A stretch of 64,000 nucleotides of DNA from Nitrosopumilus sp. Lineage in GTDB: Archaea > Thermoproteota > Nitrososphaeria > Nitrososphaerales > Nitrosopumilaceae. The stretch lies in the NCBI GenBank assembly GCA_965203315.1, contig OZ241857.1:1-64000 (forward strand), written 5' to 3'. Of this stretch, positions 20,475-31,549 are shown piece by piece. Position 1 is the first letter of the stretch. The number at the start of each line of letters is the position of its first letter. The position numbers and the translations under genes are program-made. The notes beneath the pieces were generated by a model, which was given only the letters and a program-made list of their open reading frames with translations, was not told the origin of the DNA and did no database searches.

Positions 20475-22667
20475 ATGGCAAAATTCAAATCCACGACAGA
20501 GGTTATGAAGATCATCAAAAACAAAGAGAATATTCGTAACTTTGGCGTCATCGCACATGTAGATCATGGTAAGACTACTATGAGCGACAGTCTCTTGGCA
20601 TACTCTGGGATAATTGCCCCATCAGCTGCAGGTAAGGCACTTGCCATGGACTTTGACAAAGAGGAACAGCAACGTGGAATTACAATATATCAAGCGAATG
20701 TAACACTACTCTTCTCGCAGGGTGATCGTGAATATGTCATAAATATGATCGATACTCCTGGACACGTAGACTTTAGTGGTCGAGTTATTCGTAGCTTGCG
20801 GGCTATAGATGGCGCAGTAGTGGTGTGTGATGCAGTCGAAGGAATCATGACTCAAACAGAGACGGTAACTCGTATGGCTCTAGAGGAACGGGTGAAGCCT
20901 GTCCTGTTCATAAACAAAGTGGATCGACTCATCAAAGAACTACGACTGACTCCAGAAAAGATGCAACAACAGCTAGCAGAAGTGGTGTCTAACTTTAACC
21001 AATTGATCGATACATATGGTGAAGAAGAGTATAAAGACAAGTGGAAAGTCTCTATACAAAACGCCAGCGTAACTTTTGGCTCGGCAAAAGATCGTTGGGC
21101 GATAAATATAGATCTGATGAAAGAGCGTGGCATAACATTCAAAGATGTTATTGATGCATACGAGAATGGTACTGTATCCAATCTAGTGGAGCGTGCCCCG
21201 TTGGCAGATGCTGTTCTTGGAATGGTAGTAAAACACCATCCTACTCCTCAAGAAGCAGTAAAGTATAGAATTCCTCAGATCTGGAAAGGTGATCTAGACT
21301 CTGATGTGGGTCGAGCGCTGCTTGCATGTAGTGACGATGGTCCGACTATAATGATGATCGTGAATATGGTTCTAGATCCAGCTGCAGGTCCTGTCGCAAT
21401 AGGAAGACTGTTCTCTGGAACCGTAAAAGACGGCCAAACAATAAACATAATAGATGAGAGGCGTGAGGGTCGAATTCAATCTGTAAACTTTTTCATGGGT
21501 AATCAGCGAGAGCAAGTAGGTGAACTCGGAGCTGGAAATATTCCTGCTCTACTTGGACTAACAGATGCACGAGCTGGCAACACAGTGTCGTCGATCAAGA
21601 ATATCCCTGTCTTTGAAGGTGTAAAATACGTCTCTGAACCTGTAGTTCAGATTGCGATAGAGCCCAAGCATCCAAAAGATCTACCAAAACTGGTCGATGT
21701 TCTAAAACAACTTACCATAGAAGATCCAAATCTAATAGTCAAGATAGATGAGGAGAGTGGTGAGACAATAGTTGCAGGTATGGGTGTCTTGCACTTGGAT
21801 GTTGCGACACATCGAATTCAAGACGCAAAGGTCGAGATCGTAACATCTGAACCATTGATCAACTATCGTGAGACCGTCAAAGCTCCTTGTGAGCCGGTCA
21901 TGGCCAAGTCTCCAAACCGACACAATAAGATATTCATGCGTGTGGAGCCACTAGAACCAGAGATCGCTAATATGTTACGTACTGGCGAGATCAGTGATAT
22001 GAAAGACAAAAAGGTCGTATCTGATCTACTCAAAGGTGCTGGCTGGGATACTGATACAATAAAACGTGTAATGAAGTTTGACTCACGCGGCAATGTATTG
22101 ATCAATGGAACAAAAGGTGTTCAATTTGTTCAAGAGTCTACTGACTCGATCAACTCTGGATTTGACGAAATGATGAAAGAAGGACCTCTATGTAAAGAGC
22201 AGATGCGAGACTGTAAATTCATATTCACTCACTTTGTCCCACACGAAGATACAGCTCATAGAGGACTATCGCAACTTGGACCTGCCTCTAGACGCGCATG
22301 CGCTGGTGCACTATTGACTGCAGGTACAACTGTTCTAGAACCTACACTCGCAATTGAGGTCAGAGTTCCTACAGACTTGGTAGGAAACGTTGCAACTGTG
22401 TTGTCTGGTAAACGTGGTAAAGTGATAGATATGTCTCAAAAGGGAGCATCAAGTATAGTTACCGGCGAGATTCCAGCATCTGAGACATTTACTCTCTCTG
22501 AAGAGATGCGAGGTCAGACTGCTGGACGTGCAACATGGAATACATCGTTTAAGGAATGGACAGAGATACCAAAATCGCTATTATCATCTGCAATATCTGA
22601 TATTCGCAAGAGGAAGGGTCTTGCTCCCGATCCGCCTAGCGCTAACGAGTTTATTGACAAAGAATAG
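20475..22667 (+). CDS. fusA: Translation elongation factor aEF-2
   Basis: AHVDHGKTT, RGITI, DTPGH, NKVD, diphthamide loop HEDTAHRG. Confidence 0.97.
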   Translation: MAKFKSTTEVMKIIKNKENIRNFGVIAHVDHGKTTMSDSLLAYSGIIAPSAAGKALAMDFDKEEQQRGITIYQANVTLLFSQGDREYVINMIDTPGHVDFSGRVIRSLRAIDGAVVVCDAVEGIMTQTETVTRMALEERVKPVLFINKVDRLIKELRLTPEKMQQQLAEVVSNFNQLIDTYGEEEYKDKWKVSIQNASVTFGSAKDRWAINIDLMKERGITFKDVIDAYENGTVSNLVERAPLADAVLGMVVKHHPTPQEAVKYRIPQIWKGDLDSDVGRALLACSDDGPTIMMIVNMVLDPAAGPVAIGRLFSGTVKDGQTINIIDERREGRIQSVNFFMGNQREQVGELGAGNIPALLGLTDARAGNTVSSIKNIPVFEGVKYVSEPVVQIAIEPKHPKDLPKLVDVLKQLTIEDPNLIVKIDEESGETIVAGMGVLHLDVATHRIQDAKVEIVTSEPLINYRETVKAPCEPVMAKSPNRHNKIFMRVEPLEPEIANMLRTGEISDMKDKKVVSDLLKGAGWDTDTIKRVMKFDSRGNVLINGTKGVQFVQESTDSINSGFDEMMKEGPLCKEQMRDCKFIFTHFVPHEDTAHRGLSQLGPASRRACAGALLTAGTTVLEPTLAIEVRVPTDLVGNVATVLSGKRGKVIDMSQKGASSIVTGEIPASETFTLSEEMRGQTAGRATWNTSFKEWTEIPKSLLSSAISDIRKRKGLAPDPPSANEFIDKE

Positions 22668-22707
22668 ATGCACTAGTATTTATTCTAGTTGTGTATTGTA
22701 AGGTGTT

Positions 22708-22944
22708 ATGGGGCTCTTGTACACAAAATTCTACATAGACTTTGATGAGACTGAGTGGAGACAGTTATCTAATGATCCGCTAGTATTTGAGACCGTTAAA
22801 GAAGATGTCAGTCTCGAGATTGAAGACTCGGCACATAAATCCTATCGCCTCACATTCAAAAAACATGGCAAGATCAAAGTCCTTCGAGTTGCTGGCAAGT
22901 TTCGTCTCATGTGGGATAATGATGATCTCTCAACATCACATTGA
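22708..22944 (+). CDS. Conserved hypothetical protein
   Basis: 78-aa ORF with a TATA-like TTTATT upstream. Confidence 0.7.
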   Translation: MGLLYTKFYIDFDETEWRQLSNDPLVFETVKEDVSLEIEDSAHKSYRLTFKKHGKIKVLRVAGKFRLMWDNDDLSTSH

Positions 22945-22955
22945 TATCATATGTG

Positions 22956-23126
22956 GGTTCTATTCATTTAACGAGGGTTGACATCTTCTGCACAAAATTC
23001 TCGAAACTTTACAAAATATGGAAACGGTCTCATATCGGTCATCGTAAATTGCTGATGTTTTGAGTCTCGTATTGTACTTTGAGATAACGTCATCACGATC
23101 TCAACCCCCGTCAATTGAACAGAACC
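22956..23126. mobile_element. MITE family C, copy 1 (171 bp)
   Basis: About 30-bp imperfect TIR GGTTCTATTCATTTAACGAGGGTTGACATC vs GGTTCTGTTCAATTGACGGGGGTTGAGATC; second copy at 51192. Confidence 0.88.
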
Positions 23127-23216
23127 ATGGGTACACATACGCAATAAATTCAAATCAATTTCATCTCTAGTCGATTCTATAAACTAGTGACAAAGCAGAG
23201 TACAAAAGCATGAGCT

Positions 23217-23654
23217 TTATCTTGATGGTACTAATTCAAACTCTTGTATGCGTTTAACTGCTGTCTCGATGGATGGCAACAATGCTGTCGCATCTGCTAG
23301 ATCCCCTACTAGGTTGACAAAGTATTCATGGCCTGTATCTCGAGCTTTGCATATATCTGCCTCGTAACATCTCAATGCTTTTTCCAAGAATGGAGCCTTG
23401 TCTACAAGATTGGTTATGGGTTCCACTCCTGTCAAACATGATTTGATCGTGTTTATAGTCTCATCGATCTCTGGAATGGTCTTGTTTGCTTGTTGTGTCA
23501 AGACAGCCGCAAACATTGCTGCAGAGTCTTTGAGCTCTGGACTAGACGCAATAGTTCTTAATCGATCTCTGTAATGTTTCAGCGCATCAAATACCAATGT
23601 GTACCCTCCTTCATCTTTAAGAAAGATTGAACCTAGCCATACTCGAGTGGTCAA
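23217..23654 (-). CDS. Conserved hypothetical helical protein
   Basis: 145-aa ORF with natural composition. Confidence 0.7.
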   Translation of the reverse strand: MTTRVWLGSIFLKDEGGYTLVFDALKHYRDRLRTIASSPELKDSAAMFAAVLTQQANKTIPEIDETINTIKSCLTGVEPITNLVDKAPFLEKALRCYEADICKARDTGHEYFVNLVGDLADATALLPSIETAVKRIQEFELVPSR

Positions 23655-23696
23655 TTATGTTCTAGTCAATGTTCGGATCTAATAGTTCTTTGCTTT

Positions 23697-23927
23697 TCAT
23701 GTTCCGTCTGCGTCTATGCGCTTCAACTCTTCATTCTTGCTGATCAAGTGTAATAGTCCTCCTCCCAACACAGCTCCTATGCCGATCAAACCCACAAAAG
23801 TACTTGTATTTTTGACTAGACGCAATACCGGATCGATCTCTCCAAGCTCGATGGAATAAAATAATGTTAATCCTACTACAAACATGATCGCTCCACTGAT
23901 CACAAAAAGCAGACTGAACTGAATCAT
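23697..23927 (-). CDS. Small two-TM membrane protein
   Basis: Two hydrophobic segments. Confidence 0.65.
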   Translation of the reverse strand: MIQFSLLFVISGAIMFVVGLTLFYSIELGEIDPVLRLVKNTSTFVGLIGIGAVLGGGLLHLISKNEELKRIDADGT

Positions 23928-24146
23928 CGAGATTTCTGTGATTTGTTTTAATTATATCTCTTGAGTCTCTACCAATCAAAGACCTGTCTGTGGTTTGTAT
24001 GTTGTACACCGATATCTTGTACACTGCGTTAAAAATGGTATAGATGCTCGATATGTATATCGCCAATATCGCGCTGTGTAGAAAATTGCATATATGATCT
24101 GTTTATACGATCTAGATGATATTTGGTTATGTCTAGTTATGTTGCC

Positions 24147-24428
24147 TCAAGAGATCACTTGTACGCCGTTCCAGAATGCTACCATTCCCTGTATCTTTGC
24201 GGCAGCGTCATTTGGGTTGGCATAGTACCAAGCACAGTTCTCGTTGATCTTGTCGCCTATCACAATAGAGTAATAGTTTGCAGTACCTTTCCAACCACAA
24301 AAACTGGTCATATCTGTCTCTTCAAAGTACTCTTTTTTTAACGACTCTGGTGGAAAGTAATGATTTCCTTCAACGACTATGGTGTCATTGCTCTCTGCAA
24401 CTATGGTATCATTCCATACTGCTTTCAT
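24147..24428 (-). CDS. DUF427 family protein
   Basis: VEGNHYFP, CGWKGTANYY, AWYY motifs. Confidence 0.9.
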   Translation of the reverse strand: MKAVWNDTIVAESNDTIVVEGNHYFPPESLKKEYFEETDMTSFCGWKGTANYYSIVIGDKINENCAWYYANPNDAAAKIQGMVAFWNGVQVIS

Positions 24429-25872
24429 CTGATTCATCTCCTTTCATCTCTCTCCGACTTTTAAACTTTGGCGTAATACCAAGTGATGTGTAATCCCCGG
24501 TAGAACAGGTAAAACACATCGAGTCTCGATGTATACCTACCGCTGCTGATAGATTCTCTGCATCGTTATACCCAAGAAAGTCTGCACCTATATTCTCTCG
24601 TACCATCTCGATCATTTGATGTGTATCTATCTCATCTTTTGAGAATGTTGCAAGCTCTTCCTGTGAAGGAAAATCGATTCCTGCATAACATGGATATGTG
24701 ATTGGAGGATATGTGATGAGCATGCTTATCTTTTTAGCACCTGCACGTCTCAACGCTTTGATTATCGCTTTAGAGCTAGTGCCACGAACTAGACTGTCAT
24801 CGATCACAACTACATGCTTGTCTCTGATGATCTCACTGATTGGAATTATCCATCTATTGATCTCTATTCGATCTGTCTGATGCGGTTCGATAAAACTGCG
24901 TAATGGACCCTTCTTACTATATCTGTCTTTGAGCAAGCCTTCATCAAATGATATTCCGAGCTCTTGTGCATAACCCAACGCAGCTGGTCGTGCAGAGTCT
25001 GGGACTGGTATGACCAAATCGGCATCATGCATGGGAAATTTCTTTGCGAGAAATCTGCCAATGTTCTTTCGTGCAACATAGATGTTGGTTCCCTCCATCT
25101 TGCTAGATGGATGAGCAAAGTATGTGAACTCGAAAGAGCAGTGCGCTCTCGATCGATCATCTGAGAACATCTCGGTCTCTATGCCTCGCTTGCTGAGACA
25201 GATCAACTCTCCTGGTGTTACATTGCGTTCTAGTCTTGCGCCTACTGCAGATATAGCCGAAGATTCAGATGCAATGATGTATGTCTCGTCACTCTCTTTG
25301 TATCCTAGAACCATGGGTCTAAATCCCTTGGGGTCACGTGCCGCATACACCGAGTCGTCATCGGATATAAAAGTAAAGCAATACGATCCGACTATCTCGT
25401 TCTTTAGTACCGATAATGCTTTGCCGATATTTCCACGTTCGGAGATGAGCGATACCAATCTCTGCGCAGCTATGAGTGTATCACTTACGTTCTGTGGTGT
25501 AAAGGTACATCCACCAACTAGGTTTGCAAGCTCTTTGGCATTGGCGATCGTACCGTTATGACCTATACATAGATCTCGCACTTTGAGTGGTTGTGCATTC
25601 TCGAGTGAACTTTGGCCCATGGTAGAGTATCGAACATGTCCTATTACGGAAGATGATGCATATTCGGATGTGATCTTTTTAAAATCAGACGCAGCATTTG
25701 ATACTAGTCCCAATCTTTTAATGGGATCACGTCTGGGAACTGCTATTCCCCAAGCTTCTTGACCGCGATGTTGAAGAGCACGTAATGCATCTATGGCCAT
25801 GGGAACTACATTTACTCCACTTTGACTAAATATTCCTACAACTCCACAGTTCTCCTTGGGCACATCATCCAT
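24409..25872 (-). CDS. purF: Amidophosphoribosyltransferase
   Basis: E.CGVVG, LQHRGQE, GHVRYST, DDSLVRGT. Confidence 0.96.
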   Translation of the reverse strand: MDDVPKENCGVVGIFSQSGVNVVPMAIDALRALQHRGQEAWGIAVPRRDPIKRLGLVSNAASDFKKITSEYASSSVIGHVRYSTMGQSSLENAQPLKVRDLCIGHNGTIANAKELANLVGGCTFTPQNVSDTLIAAQRLVSLISERGNIGKALSVLKNEIVGSYCFTFISDDDSVYAARDPKGFRPMVLGYKESDETYIIASESSAISAVGARLERNVTPGELICLSKRGIETEMFSDDRSRAHCSFEFTYFAHPSSKMEGTNIYVARKNIGRFLAKKFPMHDADLVIPVPDSARPAALGYAQELGISFDEGLLKDRYSKKGPLRSFIEPHQTDRIEINRWIIPISEIIRDKHVVVIDDSLVRGTSSKAIIKALRRAGAKKISMLITYPPITYPCYAGIDFPSQEELATFSKDEIDTHQMIEMVRENIGADFLGYNDAENLSAAVGIHRDSMCFTCSTGDYTSLGITPKFKSRREMKGDESDESSME

Positions 25873-28024
25873 AATGAATCAGGTCCTTCAATGAGTTTAT
25901 CCACGTATTTAGTGCCTTATCAATTCTTAGATGTACTATTGTGTTATCTTGTCTCAAAAACTTGATCGAATCTCCTCCAAATATACCGATCTCGGCAAAG
26001 ACGATGTTATGAAGATTTAACATGTCTCTGAGACCGGCAATATCATCTTGGCGTACCGCCAAGAGATATCTCGAATGACTCTCTGCAAAGAGCAACAGAT
26101 CGTCACAAGATAGTTCAGACGGTACCTTGTCTAGGTGTACAGTACATCCGATCTCTCTTGACATACACATCTCTGTGATAGACACACTCAGTCCACCCTT
26201 TGAGCAGTCGTGGGTAAATTTACTCATGCCCGAGTTTACGATATCTAGTACGGCAGACATGTTTGACTTTGATGTGGCAAGATCAACTCTGGGACATCTG
26301 CCACCAACTATGTTGTGTATGTACTCATAATACTCGGAACCACCCATCTCATCTCGTGTATATCCTATGATCACAAGTACATCACCTTCTGTGATCATGT
26401 GTGGTGGTGGCAACTTGTCAGATATACCCAAGACTCCTATGATCGGCGTTGGTTTTATTGGGCCTGCCAAAGTCTCGTTGTACAAACTGACCTTTCCACC
26501 TATACATGGAATGTTCATGTATCTGGCATAGTCACCTAAACCACGTATGGACTCTAGGAACGTCCAAAAGATCTCTGGATCGTTTGGATTACCAAACTGA
26601 AGATGATCTAACATTCCAATGGGTCTTGCTCCTGTACAGACTATGTTTCGGCACGCCTCTTCAAAACAACCTATTACACCTTCGCGTGGGTTGATGTAGC
26701 AGTGTTTCGGATTTCCATCTATGGTTGCCGCAAGAAATCGTCCATTATCGAGTCGCAAGAGAGCGGCATCGTATCCTGGTCTAACTATTGTTCTGATCCC
26801 TACTTCGTGATCATACTGTTCATAGATCCATCGTTTACTTGCAATGTTGGGATCTGCCAAAAGATTCAAGAGAACCGTCGATAGATCATGTATACTCGTA
26901 TGTGTTCTGGTCTCGATATCTGATAGATATGATGGCTTTGTAGCCGGTAGATCGAGTAGTGGCGCATTTGCGACAATGTTTACAAGCATGTTGGCGACTG
27001 TCTTGTCACCATATTTGATATGCATATGTCTGTTAGATGTTACTCTGCCTATTATCGAACAAGCTAGTGAGAACTTTGTACATATATCTCGTAATGCATC
27101 GAGTTTGGCATTGTCGGTTATCAATAACATCCGTTCTTGCGATTCGGATACCATTATCTCTTCAGGACTCATATCGCCTTCTCTAGTATGTACTTTGGTC
27201 AAATCGATCTCCATTCCTACACCTAGAGCATCACCTGTCTCCGATATGGCACAAGAGAGTCCACCACCACCGAGATCCTTCAATGCATGTATGAGTCTTG
27301 CACGTCGGGCTTCGATTATGACCTCGATGATGAGTTTCTCCGCAAACGGATCTGGAATCTGAACTGCAGATCGATCTTGGACCTCTAATGCATCAGATGC
27401 AAACTGTGATCCTCCTATGCCATCTCGACCTGTTGGCCCACCAACCAGTACAACTAGATCACCTTCTTTAGCATGATTCTTGACTAGATCACTCTTCTTA
27501 CCAAATCCAATTGCAGCTACATCCACTAGTGCATAATTTGTATAACATTTATCAAATTCGATCTCGCCACCTATAGTGGGGATGCCAAGACAATTACCAT
27601 AATCAGCAATTCCTGCAACTGCATTCTTGAATAACCATCTTGCTTGTGAATCATCAATAATGTTGCCGAATCTCAACCCATCTAATATCGCAATGGGTCT
27701 GGTTCCGGCAGACAGTATGTCTCGGATTACACCGCCAACACCAGTTGCTGCACCACCGTAAGGTTCTACTGCAGATGGGTGATTATGACTCTCGATATGT
27801 GCAGTGATCACATACCCATCACCGACATCTAGTACGCCTGAATCGTACCCCTTCTCTTTGATGACGTGCGGTCCATCCATTGGTAATGTCTTGAGATGGA
27901 TCTTTGATGACTTGTACGAACAGTGCTCTGACCACTCTGCTGCAACTATCTGTAACTCTATTGGAGTTGGCTCACGTTCTAGTCTAGCTCGGAGTTGGAC
28001 AAGTTCTTGCGGATCTAGACTCAA
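25865..28024 (-). CDS. purL: FGAM synthase subunit PurL
   Basis: WSEHCSYKSS, ESHNHPS, DLGGGGL, GGKVSLYNE; start estimated. Confidence 0.96.
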   Translation of the reverse strand: MSLDPQELVQLRARLEREPTPIELQIVAAEWSEHCSYKSSKIHLKTLPMDGPHVIKEKGYDSGVLDVGDGYVITAHIESHNHPSAVEPYGGAATGVGGVIRDILSAGTRPIAILDGLRFGNIIDDSQARWLFKNAVAGIADYGNCLGIPTIGGEIEFDKCYTNYALVDVAAIGFGKKSDLVKNHAKEGDLVVLVGGPTGRDGIGGSQFASDALEVQDRSAVQIPDPFAEKLIIEVIIEARRARLIHALKDLGGGGLSCAISETGDALGVGMEIDLTKVHTREGDMSPEEIMVSESQERMLLITDNAKLDALRDICTKFSLACSIIGRVTSNRHMHIKYGDKTVANMLVNIVANAPLLDLPATKPSYLSDIETRTHTSIHDLSTVLLNLLADPNIASKRWIYEQYDHEVGIRTIVRPGYDAALLRLDNGRFLAATIDGNPKHCYINPREGVIGCFEEACRNIVCTGARPIGMLDHLQFGNPNDPEIFWTFLESIRGLGDYARYMNIPCIGGKVSLYNETLAGPIKPTPIIGVLGISDKLPPPHMITEGDVLVIIGYTRDEMGGSEYYEYIHNIVGGRCPRVDLATSKSNMSAVLDIVNSGMSKFTHDCSKGGLSVSITEMCMSREIGCTVHLDKVPSELSCDDLLLFAESHSRYLLAVRQDDIAGLRDMLNLHNIVFAEIGIFGGDSIKFLRQDNTIVHLRIDKALNTWINSLKDLIHYG

Positions 28025-28692
28025 TGCGTAGCACCTGCGCATAGTGATTGGAATATCTGAGACGCCAAAGGATCAATTGGATTGATCTCTGACTCTGCCG
28101 CTCTTTCTGGATGTGGCATCATCCCGACTATGTTCTTCTCTTTGTTACATACGCCTGCAATCATATCTGATGAACCATTTACGGATGTCTTGTAACGAAA
28201 GACGATCTGATTATTCCTCTCTAACATCTCTAGTGTTGCATCGTCTACATAGTATCGACCTTGACTGTTTGCAATTGGAATTGGAATCTCTTGTTCTAGA
28301 TCAAAGTTGCGAGTAAATGGAGTCTGATTGTTCTTCACTGTTATTCTGGTCCATCGACACATGAAATTTAACGAATCGTTCATCAATAATGCGCCAGGCA
28401 GTAGCCCAGCTTCGACTAAAATTTGGAACCCGTTACATATTCCAAGTATAGGTACTCCTGATTCGGCGAGTTCGCTGACTTTCTCGATTGCCGGACTGTG
28501 TGCCGCAATTGCCCCGGCTCGAAGACGATCACCGTACGAAAATCCTCCTGGGAGTACTAGTGCATCTATGTTGCCGGGGATTGAGTCGTTGTGCCAGATG
28601 TATGTGGTATCAAACCCGATCACATCACGGAGTACATGGTATACATCCCGATCACAGTTACTTCCAGGAAATACGACTATCCCGACCTTCAC
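28021..28692 (-). CDS. purQ: FGAM synthase glutaminase subunit
   Basis: FPGSNCD, GGFSYGD, GICNGFQ, MPHPER. Confidence 0.96.
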   Translation of the reverse strand: MKVGIVVFPGSNCDRDVYHVLRDVIGFDTTYIWHNDSIPGNIDALVLPGGFSYGDRLRAGAIAAHSPAIEKVSELAESGVPILGICNGFQILVEAGLLPGALLMNDSLNFMCRWTRITVKNNQTPFTRNFDLEQEIPIPIANSQGRYYVDDATLEMLERNNQIVFRYKTSVNGSSDMIAGVCNKEKNIVGMMPHPERAAESEINPIDPLASQIFQSLCAGATH

Positions 28693-28752
28693 AGTATCTT
28701 TTATGCTTGGAGATATTTAATTTGAATATATCGAGTTTTCATCTCATATTCG

Positions 28753-29004
28753 TCAGACAACATTGACAGTTATCTTGCTTACTTGTGGATTGTATATCCG
28801 TAGTTCTTCACAGATCCTTGTGACTTGTTGACGTGCAGACTTGGAGTCTTCTTCGTTTACTGTAAACTTTAACATCTTTGCAGTTCTGATCTGTGAGATC
28901 GTTTTACATGTCCCTTTTAGGACTAGATCGTCTAGAATCGTCTGTCCTTCTGGATCGCTGATGCCTGGCTTGTTCTCAATTGTTACGTGTACCTCAAATG
29001 CCAA
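28753..29004 (-). CDS. purS: FGAM synthase subunit PurS
   Basis: KPGISDPEG, YNP; first gene of purSQLF. Confidence 0.9.
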   Translation of the reverse strand: MAFEVHVTIENKPGISDPEGQTILDDLVLKGTCKTISQIRTAKMLKFTVNEEDSKSARQQVTRICEELRIYNPQVSKITVNVV

Positions 29005-29166
29005 TAAAGTATAATATATCTCAAGTTTAATCTATCTTTCTAGATGCTTGTCTTATCAATTCTGTTATCCATATATGTATCATAGATGCGTAATAGCTAA
29101 AAGATATTCTGGATCTCAAGTTGTAAGGTATTGGGTTTAAAAATTTATGACCTTGATATACTGATC

Positions 29167-29278
29167 GGATCTTTTTGATTTACAAGTGGTGTACTTTTTA
29201 CAGAAAAATACTGAGCTTTATAGAGACATTTTGGGAAAAAGTCATCTTAAAAAACCACCAAATAAATCGAAAATATCT
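29167..29278. mobile_element. MITE family A, copy 2 (degenerate)
   Basis: GGATCTTTTTGATTTAC ... TTACAGAAAAAT ... GAAAAAG ... TAAATCGAAAATATC. Confidence 0.6.
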
Positions 29279-29333
29279 TGCCCTGTGGAAACACAATTCT
29301 TGCGATATAGTATTTGTCTATTGGTGTATACAC

Positions 29334-31298
29334 CTAATGTGTATCACTTGTACGTCTCTCAAACCGCTCATCGTACAAGGTATTGTGTTGTTCTTTAAAA
29401 AATCCCTCCCTACTCAATGCAGTATCTTGTGGATTAAAGAATAGTCCAGTATCCACACTAAATATTGCTCGTCTAACTCGTTCACTAATTGAAATATCTG
29501 AATGTTCGTATCGATCATTTGCTAACTGTGCCATCTTTGGAGTCATTCTAGTAACATATCCGGCAGGACTGATCACATATTGGATAGTATCTGATCTATA
29601 GTGTAACTTGCCATACTCTACCTCCATCTGTACATTGATATCATCTTCCCGCAAGATTGGTAGTAAATAGTGGGTATCGGCATAAATCCATCTACGCACA
29701 AGCTGACCTGATTTCCTACTGGATGATAATACTATTGGCATATCCCTTGAATTTGTTTTGATTACAATACTCGGAAATCCACAGAACATCTTTATATTTT
29801 CATTTTTAAAGCCCCATGCACTCGTGCCTGTCATTGCTTTTGACTGTTCTGGATTAAAATCTGCAACTTTTTGCATACTGTTATGCAAGTTATCGTCTTG
29901 GACAAACCATATCCCTTTTTTACCATCATACCAACAGTTGTTATGAATATATCTTTCATCAATATTATCCGGAGCTGAAAAGTTTGCAAGCGTCTCTCGA
30001 TTTTTATTTCGTAGTGTTAGACTATTTTGTAGATCATTTATGCAAACACATCTCATGTCTAAAGGTTCACGTCTTCTAGGCGTATCTAACTCTTTTAAGA
30101 GATACAAGATCCACTTGTCATCATACTCGTTTTCAAATTTCTTTGTTTTATTGTCCTTGCACCATTCTTTGTATAGCATCATAACTCGTTTATCATAGTA
30201 TATCATAGCGCTAGCACGAATTCTATTGGTGCAATGTTCCGGTACTATGGGTATTATGCCGTTATTGATTAAGGTTTCTTCTCGTTTTAATCTTCTATAT
30301 TCAGGATCTTGTTCTATCTTTCTACTAGATCTACGTAAACCTGATCTCTTGGATTCTCGTATCTTTTCCTCATGTTTGCTTATCTTGCTCATCACGTTTA
30401 AGATCTGTTGATACTTTCTAGCAAAATTACGTGCAAATACCTCTTTTTGCGTTAAAATTGAGATCATGTTGATATCCCATTTGTGTAACTTGCATGCTAG
30501 CATTAATTCTTTTTCTGCCCTTGAAAACTCTGGACATATGGGTCCAAAAGTGAATCTCGAATGAGTTAAAAGATAGTCGTAAAGATCTACATCTCCATTT
30601 TTTGCTAGATCATAAATGGCATCAGAATCTATACTTGCATAATACGAGTCCAACTTTGTGAATTTAGACTTTAACAATGGATCACGATCTGTGAGTTGTT
30701 CTTTAATTATCGTGTATAGTGAATCACGCTCAGTGTTGTTTTCTAAATTTAAGTTATAAGAAAAAGTAAAACCGATTAGCGCGGCACTGTGTGGACCCCA
30801 ATCAATAATTAACTTTTTTTCTTTAGGCTTTCTAATAGAGATCATTTGTTTGTAGTACATTTCTCCACTCACCCCATTTTTCGTTTCATGAGCGATTCTA
30901 AGGTCTGTAATGTACAACTGCCCATATTTTCCACCTGCATTGATGTTAGGAAATATAGCAATAACATGTTCGTTCGATTTAATGAACAGTGAACCTTTAT
31001 CGTTTCTACGAATTGCACCCAACCTTATAAATTCGTCATAAATTTTGTTACACACTTGCAACTGTGTGAGCCCAGATTCGTTATGAATATATGTTACTTC
31101 TTCATGGTCATTTGGATGTGGTGCTTCAACACCTTCATTATAACGTACACAAATTTGGCGCGTATATATTGGCTTAATTGAGAGAATCTTTTCTATCGGT
31201 ACGGTTAAATTATGATATCCATCATCCCTGGAAACTCTGATTCCTTTTTGAGTGACCTCCATAATTTGACCCATTAATTTAATGTTCATTTCAAACAC
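29334..31298 (-). CDS. Large hypothetical protein, possible N-terminal PH-like domains
   Basis: 654-aa AT-rich ORF; GQLYITDLRIAHE and MEVTQKGIRV...LTVPIEKILSI resemble prokaryotic PH-fold patterns. Confidence 0.75.
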   Translation of the reverse strand: MFEMNIKLMGQIMEVTQKGIRVSRDDGYHNLTVPIEKILSIKPIYTRQICVRYNEGVEAPHPNDHEEVTYIHNESGLTQLQVCNKIYDEFIRLGAIRRNDKGSLFIKSNEHVIAIFPNINAGGKYGQLYITDLRIAHETKNGVSGEMYYKQMISIRKPKEKKLIIDWGPHSAALIGFTFSYNLNLENNTERDSLYTIIKEQLTDRDPLLKSKFTKLDSYYASIDSDAIYDLAKNGDVDLYDYLLTHSRFTFGPICPEFSRAEKELMLACKLHKWDINMISILTQKEVFARNFARKYQQILNVMSKISKHEEKIRESKRSGLRRSSRKIEQDPEYRRLKREETLINNGIIPIVPEHCTNRIRASAMIYYDKRVMMLYKEWCKDNKTKKFENEYDDKWILYLLKELDTPRRREPLDMRCVCINDLQNSLTLRNKNRETLANFSAPDNIDERYIHNNCWYDGKKGIWFVQDDNLHNSMQKVADFNPEQSKAMTGTSAWGFKNENIKMFCGFPSIVIKTNSRDMPIVLSSSRKSGQLVRRWIYADTHYLLPILREDDINVQMEVEYGKLHYRSDTIQYVISPAGYVTRMTPKMAQLANDRYEHSDISISERVRRAIFSVDTGLFFNPQDTALSREGFFKEQHNTLYDERFERRTSDTH

Positions 31299-31435
31299 TG
31301 CCTCTAGTTGACACTAAAATAGATGTGCCATATGTTTACTTAAACTTTCTGGAACCTATACATCACAAAGTTATAATTGAATCTGGAAGCAAATAAATAA
31401 CTAGGTGATGATCTTTTTATCTTGTCTATTTGTAC

Positions 31436-31549
31436 GAATTTTCAGTTTACGTGGAATGAACGATTACAGAAAAAATTACTACTAGATTCCATGAGGAAAA
31501 ATTATGAAAAAGCCTTGGAAAAACCATTTCATGTAAATCGAATAGATCC
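31436..31549. mobile_element. MITE family A, copy 3
   Basis: TTTTCAGTTTACGTGG ... TTACAGAAAAA ... GAAAAAGCCTT ... CATGTAAATCGAATAGATCC. Confidence 0.8.

Noticed and set aside
22968-23153. ORF similar to 51200-51478, suggesting a small gene family
   Set aside because: Both lie over MITE-C copies and are frame-disrupted relative to each other.
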